The translations under genes and the position numbers were made by a program. A DNA stretch of 52,315 nucleotides from a bacterium. GTDB taxonomy: Bacteria; Bacillota_I; Bacilli_A; RF39; UBA660. Below are positions 1 through 9,559 of this stretch, in pieces (the first letter of the stretch is position 1; each line of letters begins with the position of its first letter). The stretch lies in NCBI GenBank assembly GCA_029218465.1, contig JAQXRJ010000069.1, forward strand, positions 1 through 52,315, written 5' to 3'. The notes below the pieces were generated by a model. That model was not told the DNA's origin. It worked only from the letters and a program-made list of their open reading frames with translations, and ran no database searches.

Positions 1-139
1 TTAAAGTATGTGGATAATGTGATATACTTGTCATAGCGATAAGTCCTTTCTAATTAAAATGTTTTGTTGATAATTACATTTTACTAGACTTATTGCTTTT
101 TTACTATATATAAATGTCTCACATCAATTGTAACACTAC
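1..139 (-). mobile_element. Possible IS left end: ORF start (ATG at 34, MTSISHYPHTL...) running off the window edge, RBS inside a long hairpin
   Basis: Minus strand reads GTAGTGTTACAATT at 139 downward, then GAAAGGA RBS (50-44) and ATG (34-32). Inverted repeat agcgataagtc (35-45)/gacttattgct (87-97) with inner taaaatgt/acatttta. Only 11 codons are visible. Confidence 0.35.
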
Positions 140-215
140 AAAAAATAATAAAATAACTAAATAAGTTATGTTTAAAATTATTTAAAATTAGTGTATAATA
201 ATAATTGGTGATCAT

Positions 216-1652
216 ATGAAGAAGTTTTTTAAATTATCAAAAAAGCAAACTATTATTATATCATCTGTTATAGGAATATTTGTTTTATTAGGATTTTTTT
301 CTTTATTATTTGTACCAAGGATAAATTTAAAAGGTGACAAATACGTTAAAATAAAATTAGATTCAAGTTATAAAGAACAAGGAACAAGTGCAACTATATT
401 AGGTAATGATATATCAAAAAATATAAAAGTAAAAGGCAGCGTTGATGTATCTAAACCTGGAAAATATACTATTGAGTACTCTGTTAAAGAAGGATTATTT
501 ACTTATTCTGTCAAAAGAATTGTCGAAGTAGTAGATGATGAGTATCCTATTATTGAATTAAATGGAGAAAAAAAAGTTTATACATGTCCTAATAATAAAT
601 ATGAAGAGGAAGGCTACTCTGCGATTGATAATTATGATGGAGATATTACAAAACTAGTAATTGTTGATAATAAAGATAATTTAATTTCATACACAGTATC
701 AGATAGTAGTAATAATACAACAATAGAGACAAGAGAAATAATAAAAGAAGATAAAGAAAGCCCAACAATAACATTAATTGGGTCATCCATAAAATATATT
801 GCGATTAATTCAAAATATACAGATCAGGGGGTAAGTGCAAAAGATAATTGTGATGGAGATTTGAATGATAAGGTGATTAAAACTGGTAGTGTTGATACAA
901 GTAAGAAAGGTACTTATAAAATAAAATATGAAGTAAGTGATTCATCAGGAAATAAGGCAAGTACAGAAAGAACTGTTGTTGTATATGAAAATGCAACAAA
1001 AATAAACGGTGTTAATAAAACAGGTACTATATATTTAACATTTGATGATGGACCCAGTTCTTCAATAACGCCTAATATATTAAAAATATTAAAAGAAAAA
1101 AATGTTAAAGCGACGTTCTTTGTAATTAATTGCTCAAATAATTTGAACTATTTAATCAAACAAGAGTATGAAGAAGGTCATACAGTAGCACTCCATAGCT
1201 ATACACATAATTACAAAACAGTATATTCTTCATCTGATGCATTTTTTAAGGACTTGCAAAAAATATCTGATAAAGTAAAAAATATTACTGGAGAAGAAGT
1301 TAAAATAATTAGATTTCCAGGAGGTGGATCTAATACAATTAGTAGAAGATATTCAAAAGGTATAATGACATATTTAACTAATGAAGTTATAAATAGAGGA
1401 TATCATTATTTTGACTGGAATGTATCTAGCGGTGATGCAGGAGGAGCTAATACAAAATCAGAAGTTTATAAGAATGTTATAAAAGGACTTAAATTTAATA
1501 GAGCAAATATAGTATTGATGCATGATTTTGAAAATAATTATAAGACATTAAATGCTTTAAGTGATATAATTGATTATGGTCTTTCAAATGGATATACATT
1601 TGAAGCAATTGATATGACTACACCACTTGTAAGACATGCTGTGAATAATTAA
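216..1652 (+). CDS. Membrane-anchored polysaccharide/peptidoglycan deacetylase (CE4) with DUF5011-like Ig repeats
   Basis: N-terminal TM; repeats of P.I.L.G...Y.(E/D).G.SA.DN.DGD; intact CE4 motifs TFDDGP, HSYTH, RFPGG, LMHD. Confidence 0.9.
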   Translation: MKKFFKLSKKQTIIISSVIGIFVLLGFFSLLFVPRINLKGDKYVKIKLDSSYKEQGTSATILGNDISKNIKVKGSVDVSKPGKYTIEYSVKEGLFTYSVKRIVEVVDDEYPIIELNGEKKVYTCPNNKYEEEGYSAIDNYDGDITKLVIVDNKDNLISYTVSDSSNNTTIETREIIKEDKESPTITLIGSSIKYIAINSKYTDQGVSAKDNCDGDLNDKVIKTGSVDTSKKGTYKIKYEVSDSSGNKASTERTVVVYENATKINGVNKTGTIYLTFDDGPSSSITPNILKILKEKNVKATFFVINCSNNLNYLIKQEYEEGHTVALHSYTHNYKTVYSSSDAFFKDLQKISDKVKNITGEEVKIIRFPGGGSNTISRRYSKGIMTYLTNEVINRGYHYFDWNVSSGDAGGANTKSEVYKNVIKGLKFNRANIVLMHDFENNYKTLNALSDIIDYGLSNGYTFEAIDMTTPLVRHAVNN

Positions 1653-1662
1653 GGAGAAGTAT

Positions 1663-3105
1663 ATGAAAGAAAAAAAATGGGCTTTAGTATTATTTATAAT
1701 GGTTTTTATGTTTCCTGTATATATTTATGCTGCACCTAAAGTAGTTATAAATGGAAACGATGCAATATCATCTAATGAAACTGTTGATTTTACTGTTTCT
1801 ATGAAATCAGATGATGAGAAAGATATGGTAAAATTTGAATCAACTTTAAAATATGATAGTGAGATTCTTGAACTTACAAGTATAATAAAAGATGATAAAT
1901 GGAGTGGAAGTAACTCAACTAAAAGTACAGGAAATAATTTGATTGTATTAACAAATTCTGGAGTTACGGGACAAACTAATGTTGTAATTTTTAGGTTTAA
2001 AGTAAAAAACTCAAATAAGAGTTTTACTACTATTTCTTTGGAGGATATAAAAGTAACTGTAAAATCAAATGAAGTTGAAGAGCCAATCGATACAGCTGAG
2101 AGTATAGAAACGGTTTCAAATATAAGAAAAGACATTAATATAAAATCAGATGATAATACTATAAAAAGTATTAAAATAAACAGCAAAGAACTAAATGGAT
2201 TCATATCATCTGTTTATAATTACACAATAGAAGTTGACTCATTAATTGATAATATAAAAATAGATGCTATACTAAATGATCCAAATACATCTAAGTTTGA
2301 TGATGAATATGGTCCTAGAACAGAAAATCTAGAATATGGAAGTAATAAGATATTATTAAAAACAATAAGTGAGTCAGGTAAATCCGCAACATATACAATT
2401 AATATAATCAGAAAAGATGATAGAGTTGCAAACACAGATTTAAAAAACATTATTATAAATGGAGGTCAAATTAAGATTAATTTTGACAAAAGTGTTTTAT
2501 CATACACAGTTAAAACGTTTAAATTAGAAACTATAGAAATATCGGCTGATGCAGATGACTCAACGTCAAAAGTTAGTATTGATGCCCCAAAAAAATTAAT
2601 AATAGGAGACAATAAAGTAAAGATAACTGTTACTGCAGTGACGGGAGATACTAAAGAGTATAATTTATTAATAGTTAATACTGAGGTTGCAACTGATACA
2701 AGACTTAAAAACTTGTCTGTTAAAGGTATTAATATTGGTTTTAATAGTGATAAATATAAGTATATTGTAAGATATGATAAAAAATATAAGGAAGGCTTAA
2801 CAATATATCAAACAACATTATCAAATGATACAGAAGTAGAAATATTAGGAAATACTAACCTAAAGGCAGGGGATACAGTTAAAATTGTTGTAAATGCATT
2901 AGATGGTAGTAGTATAAGCGAATATTATATTTATTTAGAAAAAGATACAAGAATTAATTTCTTTTTAATATTAGATATAGTTGTTGGATTAGTATTAATA
3001 GTATTAATAATTATACAAGTTAAGAAAAGAAAAAAAATTAAAGAAAAAAAAATAGAAGAGCAAAAAGAAGAAGAATTGGAAAAAACAAAAGAAATGAAAT
3101 TGTAG
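1663..3105 (+). CDS. Secreted, C-terminally anchored protein: cohesin-like domain plus cadherin-like beta-sandwich repeats
   Basis: Signal peptide; LKYDSEILEL...FRFKVK cohesin-like pattern; about three repeats like LKNLSV.G..I.F....Y.Y.V; C-terminal TM and Lys/Glu tail. Confidence 0.7.
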   Translation: MKEKKWALVLFIMVFMFPVYIYAAPKVVINGNDAISSNETVDFTVSMKSDDEKDMVKFESTLKYDSEILELTSIIKDDKWSGSNSTKSTGNNLIVLTNSGVTGQTNVVIFRFKVKNSNKSFTTISLEDIKVTVKSNEVEEPIDTAESIETVSNIRKDINIKSDDNTIKSIKINSKELNGFISSVYNYTIEVDSLIDNIKIDAILNDPNTSKFDDEYGPRTENLEYGSNKILLKTISESGKSATYTINIIRKDDRVANTDLKNIIINGGQIKINFDKSVLSYTVKTFKLETIEISADADDSTSKVSIDAPKKLIIGDNKVKITVTAVTGDTKEYNLLIVNTEVATDTRLKNLSVKGINIGFNSDKYKYIVRYDKKYKEGLTIYQTTLSNDTEVEILGNTNLKAGDTVKIVVNALDGSSISEYYIYLEKDTRINFFLILDIVVGLVLIVLIIIQVKKRKKIKEKKIEEQKEEELEKTKEMKL

Positions 3106-3112
3106 GAGACTT

Positions 3113-3628
3113 ATGAATAAATTCATACCAAATGATTATAAAAAAAATATTTTTGATATTAATTATGAGCAACTAAAAAAAAATAATATTAAATGCTTAG
3201 TATTTGATTTGGATAATACTATTGGTCTAATAGATGAAATGATTATCTCAGAAAATTCGCTTAATCTTCTAAATAAGCTTAAAAATGATTTTATAGTTGT
3301 TATAATATCAAATAATACATCAAAAAGAATTTCTAAATTTTGCAGCGAAGATATAGAATATGTAACTTTTGCAATGAAACCTTTACCTAAAGGGTTTAAT
3401 AAAATAAAGAAAAAATATAATTTAAAAAACAATGAAATGTGTATAATAGGAGATCAACTAATGACAGATATAATAGGTGCGAATATGTTTGGTGCTTATT
3501 CTATTCTTGTTGATCCATTAGGAGAAAAGGATTTAAAAATAACCGCAATAAATAGATATATAGAAAATAAAATAATAAAAAAATTATCTAAGAAAAACAT
3601 CTTAGAGAGAGGTAAATATTATGAATAA
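3113..3628 (+). CDS. yqeG: HAD IIIA phosphatase, YqeG family
   Basis: DLDNT, SNN, KP and GDQLMTD motifs; directly upstream of yqeH. Confidence 0.9.
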   Translation: MNKFIPNDYKKNIFDINYEQLKKNNIKCLVFDLDNTIGLIDEMIISENSLNLLNKLKNDFIVVIISNNTSKRISKFCSEDIEYVTFAMKPLPKGFNKIKKKYNLKNNEMCIIGDQLMTDIIGANMFGAYSILVDPLGEKDLKITAINRYIENKIIKKLSKKNILERGKYYE

Positions 3629-4628
3629 CGATAAATATTGCATTGGTTGTGGTATTAAACTTCAAGATGAAAATGTAACTGAAGAAGGATATACTACTAC
3701 CTTAGAAAATGATATTTGCAGTAGATGCTTTAGAATGAAAAATTATGGAGAATATCAAATAATAACTAAATCAAATAATGAATTTATTGATATATTAAAA
3801 AGTGTTAATGATACTAAGGATTTAGTAATATATATTATAGATTTATTAAATATTAGTAAAGATATAAACTTAATAAGACAATATTTTGATAATAATGTAT
3901 TATTGGTTCTTAATAAAAGAGATATATTACCAAAAAGCATAAAAGATGAAAAGTTAAAAGAATATTTTGTAAATCTTAAATTAGATTATCAAGATATATG
4001 TATAATAAGTACAAGAAAAAATTATAATATTGATGAATTATTGTTTAAAATAAAAAAATATAAAACAAGCAAAAATGTATATGTAGTGGGTCATACAAAT
4101 GTTGGCAAAAGTACTTTAATAAATACTTTAATGAAGAATTATTCTGAATTTGAAAGTAATTTAACAATAAGTCCATTACCATCCACTACACTAAATAAGG
4201 TAACTATTAGACTCAGTGAAGATTTATATCTAATAGATACTCCAGGACTTGTAGATCGCGGGAATATACTCAACTATGTTGATTCAAATTTGGTGAAAAA
4301 AATATCAGCGAAAAAAGAAATTAAACCTAAAACTTATCAATTAAAAAAGGGAGAATGTATAATAATTAATGACTTAGTAAGAATTGATTATGTAGATGGG
4401 GATAAAAATAGTTTTACTGTATTTATATCAAACGATTTAAAAATAAAAAAATATAATATGAATAAACATGAAGAATTGAAAGACTTATATAAACATGAAC
4501 TTGAAGTAGGATATCATAAAGATTTAGTAATTAATGGTTTAGGATTCATCAAAATAGTTGATAAAGCTAATATTAATGTATATATTAATAAGGACATAGA
4601 GATTTTTATAAGAGAATCTTTAATATAG
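3621..4628 (+). CDS. yqeH: Ribosome biogenesis circularly permuted GTPase YqeH
   Basis: CxxC...CxxC Zn finger, then NKRD, GHTNVGKS, DTPG in permuted order. Confidence 0.92.
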   Translation: MNNDKYCIGCGIKLQDENVTEEGYTTTLENDICSRCFRMKNYGEYQIITKSNNEFIDILKSVNDTKDLVIYIIDLLNISKDINLIRQYFDNNVLLVLNKRDILPKSIKDEKLKEYFVNLKLDYQDICIISTRKNYNIDELLFKIKKYKTSKNVYVVGHTNVGKSTLINTLMKNYSEFESNLTISPLPSTTLNKVTIRLSEDLYLIDTPGLVDRGNILNYVDSNLVKKISAKKEIKPKTYQLKKGECIIINDLVRIDYVDGDKNSFTVFISNDLKIKKYNMNKHEELKDLYKHELEVGYHKDLVINGLGFIKIVDKANINVYINKDIEIFIRESLI

Positions 4629-4632
4629 AATT

Positions 4633-5244
4633 ATGAAGAAATATAAAAAACAAATATTATCAATTATATTAATAATATTATTTCAAACAATTACATATTT
4701 TTTTGTAAAATTTTCTCCAATAAAAGTAAATATAATTGGAAGTAGTATTAATGATAAAATACCATTTATATCCTATTTTATATATCCATATATTTCTTGG
4801 TATTTAATGTTGTTTTTAATTCCATTTATTTTAAGTATAAGAGATGATAAAAAGTTTAATATATATTTAAAAACTACTTTTGTTTGTATTTGCGTCGCCA
4901 CTATCATATATTTTTTATATCCAACTGCAATTATTAGAGATGGTATAGAAACACATACGTTTACAGACAAAATTGTAAATGTGATATATCTTTTAGATAC
5001 TCCGAATGTAAATTGCTTTCCCAGTATGCATTGTATAATATCTTTTATATTTATATTTGTAACAATTAGAAATGGAAATTTGTCTAGGAGTTTTAGGGTA
5101 ATTACTTTTTTTTGGTCATTACTAGTAATATTATCAACTATGTTTGTAAAACAACATATAATACTAGATGTTGTATCAGCCTTTGTTTTGTCGTTTGCAG
5201 TATACATGATTATAAACTTTAAATGTAAAAAATGTAATTTCTGA
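4633..5244 (+). CDS. PAP2-superfamily membrane phosphatase/phosphotransferase
   Basis: Multi-TM; NCFPSMH and STMFVKQHIILD motifs. Confidence 0.8.
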   Translation: MKKYKKQILSIILIILFQTITYFFVKFSPIKVNIIGSSINDKIPFISYFIYPYISWYLMLFLIPFILSIRDDKKFNIYLKTTFVCICVATIIYFLYPTAIIRDGIETHTFTDKIVNVIYLLDTPNVNCFPSMHCIISFIFIFVTIRNGNLSRSFRVITFFWSLLVILSTMFVKQHIILDVVSAFVLSFAVYMIINFKCKKCNF

Positions 5245-5261
5245 TATATATTTAATTATAA

Positions 5262-5789
5262 CTATTTATTTATACCATAACTATTATTAGTTGGATCTAA
5301 AAAGAAATCATTTATTGGTGGCTTATAAGTTAGATAAGTTGTTATTACATAAATTATAAATATTATTATGAGACCTATTGTGTTAAGTACATTAGAGTCT
5401 TTTTTGAATTGAATAAAATAGTTTAATATTTGACTTATTGAAATTGTAACAAAATAAATTGATAGGGTTAATAATAGGTTTTCACCAAATACTTTATATA
5501 TAGGATAGAACACAACTGTGAAGAATAGTATTTGAAATATGATAGTTATTATTTCTTTAAATATAAAATTATTTTCAGTTAAATTATTTTTCTTATATAA
5601 AAAGTATTTAAATATAATCCATATAATATAAGATGTAATTATCATTTTTAAGTGTTCAAATATACTTTCAGAAACAGGTGAAATTATAATAGTTATAAAG
5701 CTGGGGAACCAGTCATATAAATCATGTATAACGAATCCAATTATAAATATAAATATTATTCCAAAAATATTTATTATTTTTTTGCTCAA
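5262..5789 (-). CDS. Membrane protein, DUF6512-like
   Basis: Multi-TM; H.LYDW...PVSESIFEHLK motif; TY.PP...F.DP C-terminus; TTG start. Confidence 0.7.
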   Translation of the reverse strand: MSKKIINIFGIIFIFIIGFVIHDLYDWFPSFITIIISPVSESIFEHLKMIITSYIIWIIFKYFLYKKNNLTENNFIFKEIITIIFQILFFTVVFYPIYKVFGENLLLTLSIYFVTISISQILNYFIQFKKDSNVLNTIGLIIIFIIYVITTYLTYKPPINDFFLDPTNNSYGINK

Positions 5790-6039
5790 ATTAAATCACC
5801 AATACTATTATGTGTAATATAATCTAGAATATTACTATATATTTTATAGAATAAAGTATTATTTTTATTTATTCAACATAGCTTTAAATTTAGTATAAAT
5901 TAAAGCATTAATTCTATCGATAAGTGATTACTATACTTGAATTACATATTATATTTAATTAATTAAATTTATAAAAAATATAAATCAAATCTTTATGTTT
6001 AAGTTTATACGTGTTATACTTATATCAAGTAGGTGAAAT

Positions 6040-6762
6040 ATGAGAATTACTATTAAAGATATTGACATAAATTACATACAATATGGTAGTGGAGATGATA
6101 TAGTTTTACTTCATGGATGGGGACAAAATATAGAAATGATGATGCCACTAGCAAAAAAGTTTGATAAAAAATATAGAATAACCATACTTGATTTCCCTGG
6201 CTTTGGAAAAAGCAGTGAGCCAAAAACGGCTTTAACGGTGTACAATTATTGCGATATTCTAGAAGAACTATTAAATAAAATTGATGTTAAAAATCCAATT
6301 ATAATAGGACACTCTTTTGGTGGTAGAATTGGAATAATTTATGCATCAAGGAATGTCACAAACAAACTTGTTTTGTTTGGTAGTCCATGTATAAAGAAAA
6401 AGACTAGACCATCTTTTAAATTACAAGTATTAAGAAAATTAAAAAAAGTTCCTATTTTAAATAAACTTGAACCAATAATAAAAAAACATATTGGCTCAAG
6501 AGATTATAAAAATGCTAGTGAAATAATGAGAAAAATTCTTGTTAATGTAGTAAATGAGGATTTAAGTAATTGCGCTAAGAAAATAGATTGTCCAACACTA
6601 ATGATGTGGGGAGACAAAGATACAGAAGCTCCACTTGAAGATGCAAGACAATTAGAAAAAATTATTAAAGATTGTGGATTAATAGTCTTTCCAAATTCAA
6701 CACATTATGCTTATTTAGAAAATATTAATCAAGTGGAAAAAATTCTAAAAAAATTCTTTTAG
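6040..6762 (+). CDS. Alpha/beta hydrolase
   Basis: HGWG, GHSFGG nucleophile elbow, WGDKD, C-terminal His (THYAY). Confidence 0.9.
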   Translation: MRITIKDIDINYIQYGSGDDIVLLHGWGQNIEMMMPLAKKFDKKYRITILDFPGFGKSSEPKTALTVYNYCDILEELLNKIDVKNPIIIGHSFGGRIGIIYASRNVTNKLVLFGSPCIKKKTRPSFKLQVLRKLKKVPILNKLEPIIKKHIGSRDYKNASEIMRKILVNVVNEDLSNCAKKIDCPTLMMWGDKDTEAPLEDARQLEKIIKDCGLIVFPNSTHYAYLENINQVEKILKKFF

Positions 6763-6771
6763 GAGGTAAGT

Positions 6772-8358
6772 ATGCTATACTATTTTGTTTACTTTTTGAT
6801 GTATTCATATACTATTAAAACATCTATTAGGGCATTACATATGTTGCAGCAAAATCTGTATAATGAAAATAATAGATACATAAAATGGATAAATAATAAT
6901 AAGAAAACAACTATTATTAACTATTCAATAATAAGCATATTTCTTTCTATATTAATGATTTTTTGTAACAAAGACTTTATAAATAATACTATATTATTGT
7001 TTATTATGATTGTATATGTTTTAAGCTATTTTATTGAAAAAAAAATATCATCTAATAATCAAAATAAAACGCCACTTGTATACACATCGAGAGTAAAAAG
7101 ATTAATTATTACATTAAGTATTATATATTTAACACCATTCATATTATTTATTGTATTTAATAACAATATTATATTTTTAATATCTATAATATTATCTAGT
7201 AATGTTTTTATAACAACCTATATTGGACTTATAATAAACATTCCTATTGAAAAAATGGTATATAAACACTTCGAAAAAAGTGCAAAAGAAAAATTAAGAG
7301 AAATGAAAAATCTTAAGGTTATTGGAATAACTGGAAGCTATGGTAAAACAAGTAGTAAAAATATTTTAAATGATATATTAAGCGTTAAATTTAATACATT
7401 AAAAACTCCAAAGAATTTAAATACATTCTATGGACTTATGATAACAATAAATAATCATTTATCTAAATTTGATGAAATATTTATTGCTGAGATGGGGGCA
7501 TATGTTAAAGGAGAAATTAATGGATTATGTGATTTAGTTAATCCACAGTATGGTATTGTTACTAAAATAGGAACTGCACATTTAGAATCATTTGGAAGTG
7601 AGAAAAATATTCAAGAAGCTAAGATGGAACTTATTGAACATTTACCAAGAAATGGTATCGGAATTCTTAATGGAGATGATGAAAAACAAGTCTCATATAA
7701 ACTTAAAAATAAATGCAAAATTATATGGATAGGAATAGAAAATGAGAATGTAGATGTTAGGGCAATTAATATTAAGGCAAAAGGTTTAATAAATACATTT
7801 GATGTAATGTTTAAGGGAGATAAAAAAAAGTATCATTTTGAAACGAAATTATTAGGAAATCATAATATTTATAATATTTTATCATCCATTGCTTTAGGAT
7901 ATGAGCTTGGAATATCAATAAAGGATTTACAAAAGGCAGTTCAAAAAGTTAAACAAATTGAACATAGACTAGAGTTAAAAAAAGTAGGTAATTTTTATCA
8001 AATAGACGATGCGTATAATTCTAATCCTATTGGTGCAAAAAGTGCTTTAGATGTTTTATCAAATATGGATGGATATAAAGTAGTAGTAACGCCAGGCATG
8101 ATTGAGTTGGGAAAAAAAGAATATGATCTTAATAAAGAATTTGGTATTCAAATAAGCAAAGTTGCAGATTTTGTGATACTGATAGGAAAAAAACAAACTA
8201 AACCTATATATGATGGTTTAATTAGCATGAATTATTCTAAAGATAAGATAAAAATATTAAATGATGTTAGGGATTCTTATACATTTATTAATAAATTAAA
8301 TAAAAAAGAAATATATGCATTATATGAAAATGATTTACCAGATACATATAATGAGTAG
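6772..8358 (+). CDS. murF: MurF-type Mur ligase with N-terminal multi-TM extension
   Basis: ITGSYGKTSSK, EMGA, DDAYNSNP, TPGMIELG; about 160 hydrophobic N-terminal residues. Confidence 0.85.
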   Translation: MLYYFVYFLMYSYTIKTSIRALHMLQQNLYNENNRYIKWINNNKKTTIINYSIISIFLSILMIFCNKDFINNTILLFIMIVYVLSYFIEKKISSNNQNKTPLVYTSRVKRLIITLSIIYLTPFILFIVFNNNIIFLISIILSSNVFITTYIGLIINIPIEKMVYKHFEKSAKEKLREMKNLKVIGITGSYGKTSSKNILNDILSVKFNTLKTPKNLNTFYGLMITINNHLSKFDEIFIAEMGAYVKGEINGLCDLVNPQYGIVTKIGTAHLESFGSEKNIQEAKMELIEHLPRNGIGILNGDDEKQVSYKLKNKCKIIWIGIENENVDVRAINIKAKGLINTFDVMFKGDKKKYHFETKLLGNHNIYNILSSIALGYELGISIKDLQKAVQKVKQIEHRLELKKVGNFYQIDDAYNSNPIGAKSALDVLSNMDGYKVVVTPGMIELGKKEYDLNKEFGIQISKVADFVILIGKKQTKPIYDGLISMNYSKDKIKILNDVRDSYTFINKLNKKEIYALYENDLPDTYNE

Positions 8359-8367
8359 GAGGATTTT

Positions 8368-9543
8368 ATGATAAAATTAGGAGTTATTTTCGGTGGAGAA
8401 AGTGTTGAACACGAAGTAAGCATTATTTCAGCTGTTCAAGCAATGAATAAGATGGATAATGAAAAGTATGAAGTTATTCCAATTTATATTTCAAAAGAAA
8501 AAGATTGGTATACAGGAGATGCATTAAAAGATATTGAAACCTATAGTGATATGTCTTTACTTAAAAGATATTGTAAAAAAGTTGTATTACTAAGAAGAAA
8601 AGGCAGATTTATATTGCAAAATCAAGGATTCTTTAAAAGAGAAATTAATGAACTTGATCTTGCATTTCCAATAGTACACGGTACAAGTGTAGAAGACGGT
8701 ACATTACAAGGGTACTTAAAAACGATAGGTATACCTTTTGTAGGAAGTGATGTTCTTGCAAGTGCAATATCACAAGATAAAATAGTTCAAAAACAGGTAT
8801 TTGCATCAGTGGATTTACCTATGACAGATTATATTTGGTTTTATGATACTGAATATATTGATAATAGTGATGAGATTTTGAAGAAAGCAAAAAAAATAGG
8901 ATATCCGGTTATTGTTAAGCCAGCAAGCCTTGGAAGTAGTGTTGGTATTAAATCAGCACATAATGAAGAAGAACTTATTAAAGCTATTGATGAAGCAATT
9001 ACTTATGATAATAAAATAATTGTAGAAGAAATGGTAGAAAATTTAACTGAAGTTAATATTAGTGTATTAGGAAGCTATGATGATCAAGAATTATCAGTTA
9101 TAGAGGAAGTAATGAGTGATAATGATTTACTTACATTTGAAGACAAATATTTGGGAGAATCAAAAAAGAGTGGACCTTCCAAAGGCATGGCGTCTGCATC
9201 ACGTAAAATACCAGCTGACTTAACAGAAAAGCAAACTAAACAGGTAAGAGAAATTGCAATAAGTGCATTCAAAGCATTAGGATCTTGTGGTAATGTAAGA
9301 ATTGATTTCCTTATAAATAAAAAAACTAAAAAGATTTATATAAACGAAATAAACTCTTGTCCTGGTTCTCTTGCATTTTACTTATGGGAACCACTTAATA
9401 TTGATTATACTGAACTTCTTGATAGAATGATTAATATTGCTATAAAAGAATATAGGAAGAAAAAAACAAAAATATATTCATTTGAAAGTAATATATTAGA
9501 AGGATTTAGTGGAGCGAAAGGGTTAAAAGGTCTTAAAAAATAG
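8368..9543 (+). CDS. ddl: D-alanine--D-alanine ligase family protein
   Basis: GGESVEHEVS, HGTSVEDGTLQG, KPASLGSSVG, RIDF, EINSCPG. Confidence 0.9.
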   Translation: MIKLGVIFGGESVEHEVSIISAVQAMNKMDNEKYEVIPIYISKEKDWYTGDALKDIETYSDMSLLKRYCKKVVLLRRKGRFILQNQGFFKREINELDLAFPIVHGTSVEDGTLQGYLKTIGIPFVGSDVLASAISQDKIVQKQVFASVDLPMTDYIWFYDTEYIDNSDEILKKAKKIGYPVIVKPASLGSSVGIKSAHNEEELIKAIDEAITYDNKIIVEEMVENLTEVNISVLGSYDDQELSVIEEVMSDNDLLTFEDKYLGESKKSGPSKGMASASRKIPADLTEKQTKQVREIAISAFKALGSCGNVRIDFLINKKTKKIYINEINSCPGSLAFYLWEPLNIDYTELLDRMINIAIKEYRKKKTKIYSFESNILEGFSGAKGLKGLKK

Positions 9544-9559
9544 AAAGAGGGAAAATACT

